Positions 53,494 through 53,580 of a stretch of 53,580 nt of DNA are shown here, piece by piece; the stretch's first letter is position 1, and the number at the start of each line of letters is the position of its first letter. The position numbers and the translations under genes are program-made. The notes under the pieces were generated by a model, which worked only from the letters and a program-made list of their open reading frames with translations, was not told where the DNA came from and made no database searches. This DNA comes from Acidobacteriota bacterium (GTDB lineage Bacteria > Acidobacteriota > Blastocatellia > Pyrinomonadales > Pyrinomonadaceae), in contig JBDTWZ010000001.1 in the NCBI GenBank assembly GCA_040006435.1, positions 1 through 53,580 of the forward strand, written 5' to 3'.

Positions 53494-53580
53494 CTTACGT
53501 ACGATCTACATTTCGACATCCGGCACTGCCGAAGAACGATCTCGGCTATACCGTCGATTATTACGAGGGCTCGCTGAGCA
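53490..53580 (+). CDS. 5-prime fragment of a CDS running off the window (possibly a 2-oxoacid:ferredoxin oxidoreductase beta subunit)
   Basis: ATG 53490 is coupled by ATGA overlap and the frame stays open to the window end. Peptide MTYVRSTFRHPALPKNDLGYTVDYYEGSLS. The functional guess rests only on remembered N-termini of beta subunits and cannot be verified from 30 codons. Confidence 0.3.
   Translation, partial: MTYVRSTFRHPALPKNDLGYTVDYYEGSLS

Overview
This is a 53.6-kb chromosomal segment from a moderately GC-rich Gram-negative bacterium. The gene content looks like soil Acidobacteriota, but that is inference only. I support about 50 protein-coding genes and one tRNA-Pro(UGG).

Recognisable genes include pgi, thrC, rdgB, an HU protein, gdh, the tesA-ybbA-ybbP trio, an ECF sigma/anti-sigma pair, a Ser/Thr kinase and several transporters (SLC13 family, NhaP, a DUF389 protein). 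Three further genes stand out: a korA-type 2-oxoacid:ferredoxin oxidoreductase alpha subunit with no adjacent beta subunit, a large Zn-ribbon radical-SAM enzyme that may be tetraether-synthase-like, and a nitroreductase that closely resembles iodotyrosine deiodinase.

The clearest functional island is a two-armed arsenosugar-type cluster at about 24.9-31.4 kb. It holds arsM, a CMD-like peroxidase, arsS (radical SAM), a fatty-acid hydroxylase, two family-specific glycosyltransferases, a disulfide reductase and a small membrane protein.

The most unusual property is dense colonisation by several families of palindromic or periodic repeats:
- A REP-associated tyrosine transposase (RAYT) bracketed by GTAG-type REP hairpins, with more REPs 29 kb away.
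- A 195-bp MITE-like element.
- A family of heptamer-periodic GTGA/TCAC hairpin elements that abut start codons.
- Four repeat insertions that sit in frame inside otherwise ordinary genes (thrC, korA, a GltD-like oxidoreductase and a polytopic membrane protein).

The right end of the window carries degraded accessory cassettes: an orphan antitoxin and a two-gene cassette with an in-frame TGA. No CRISPR array, rRNA or prophage was seen. Every homology statement comes from motif recognition by eye, not from a database search.
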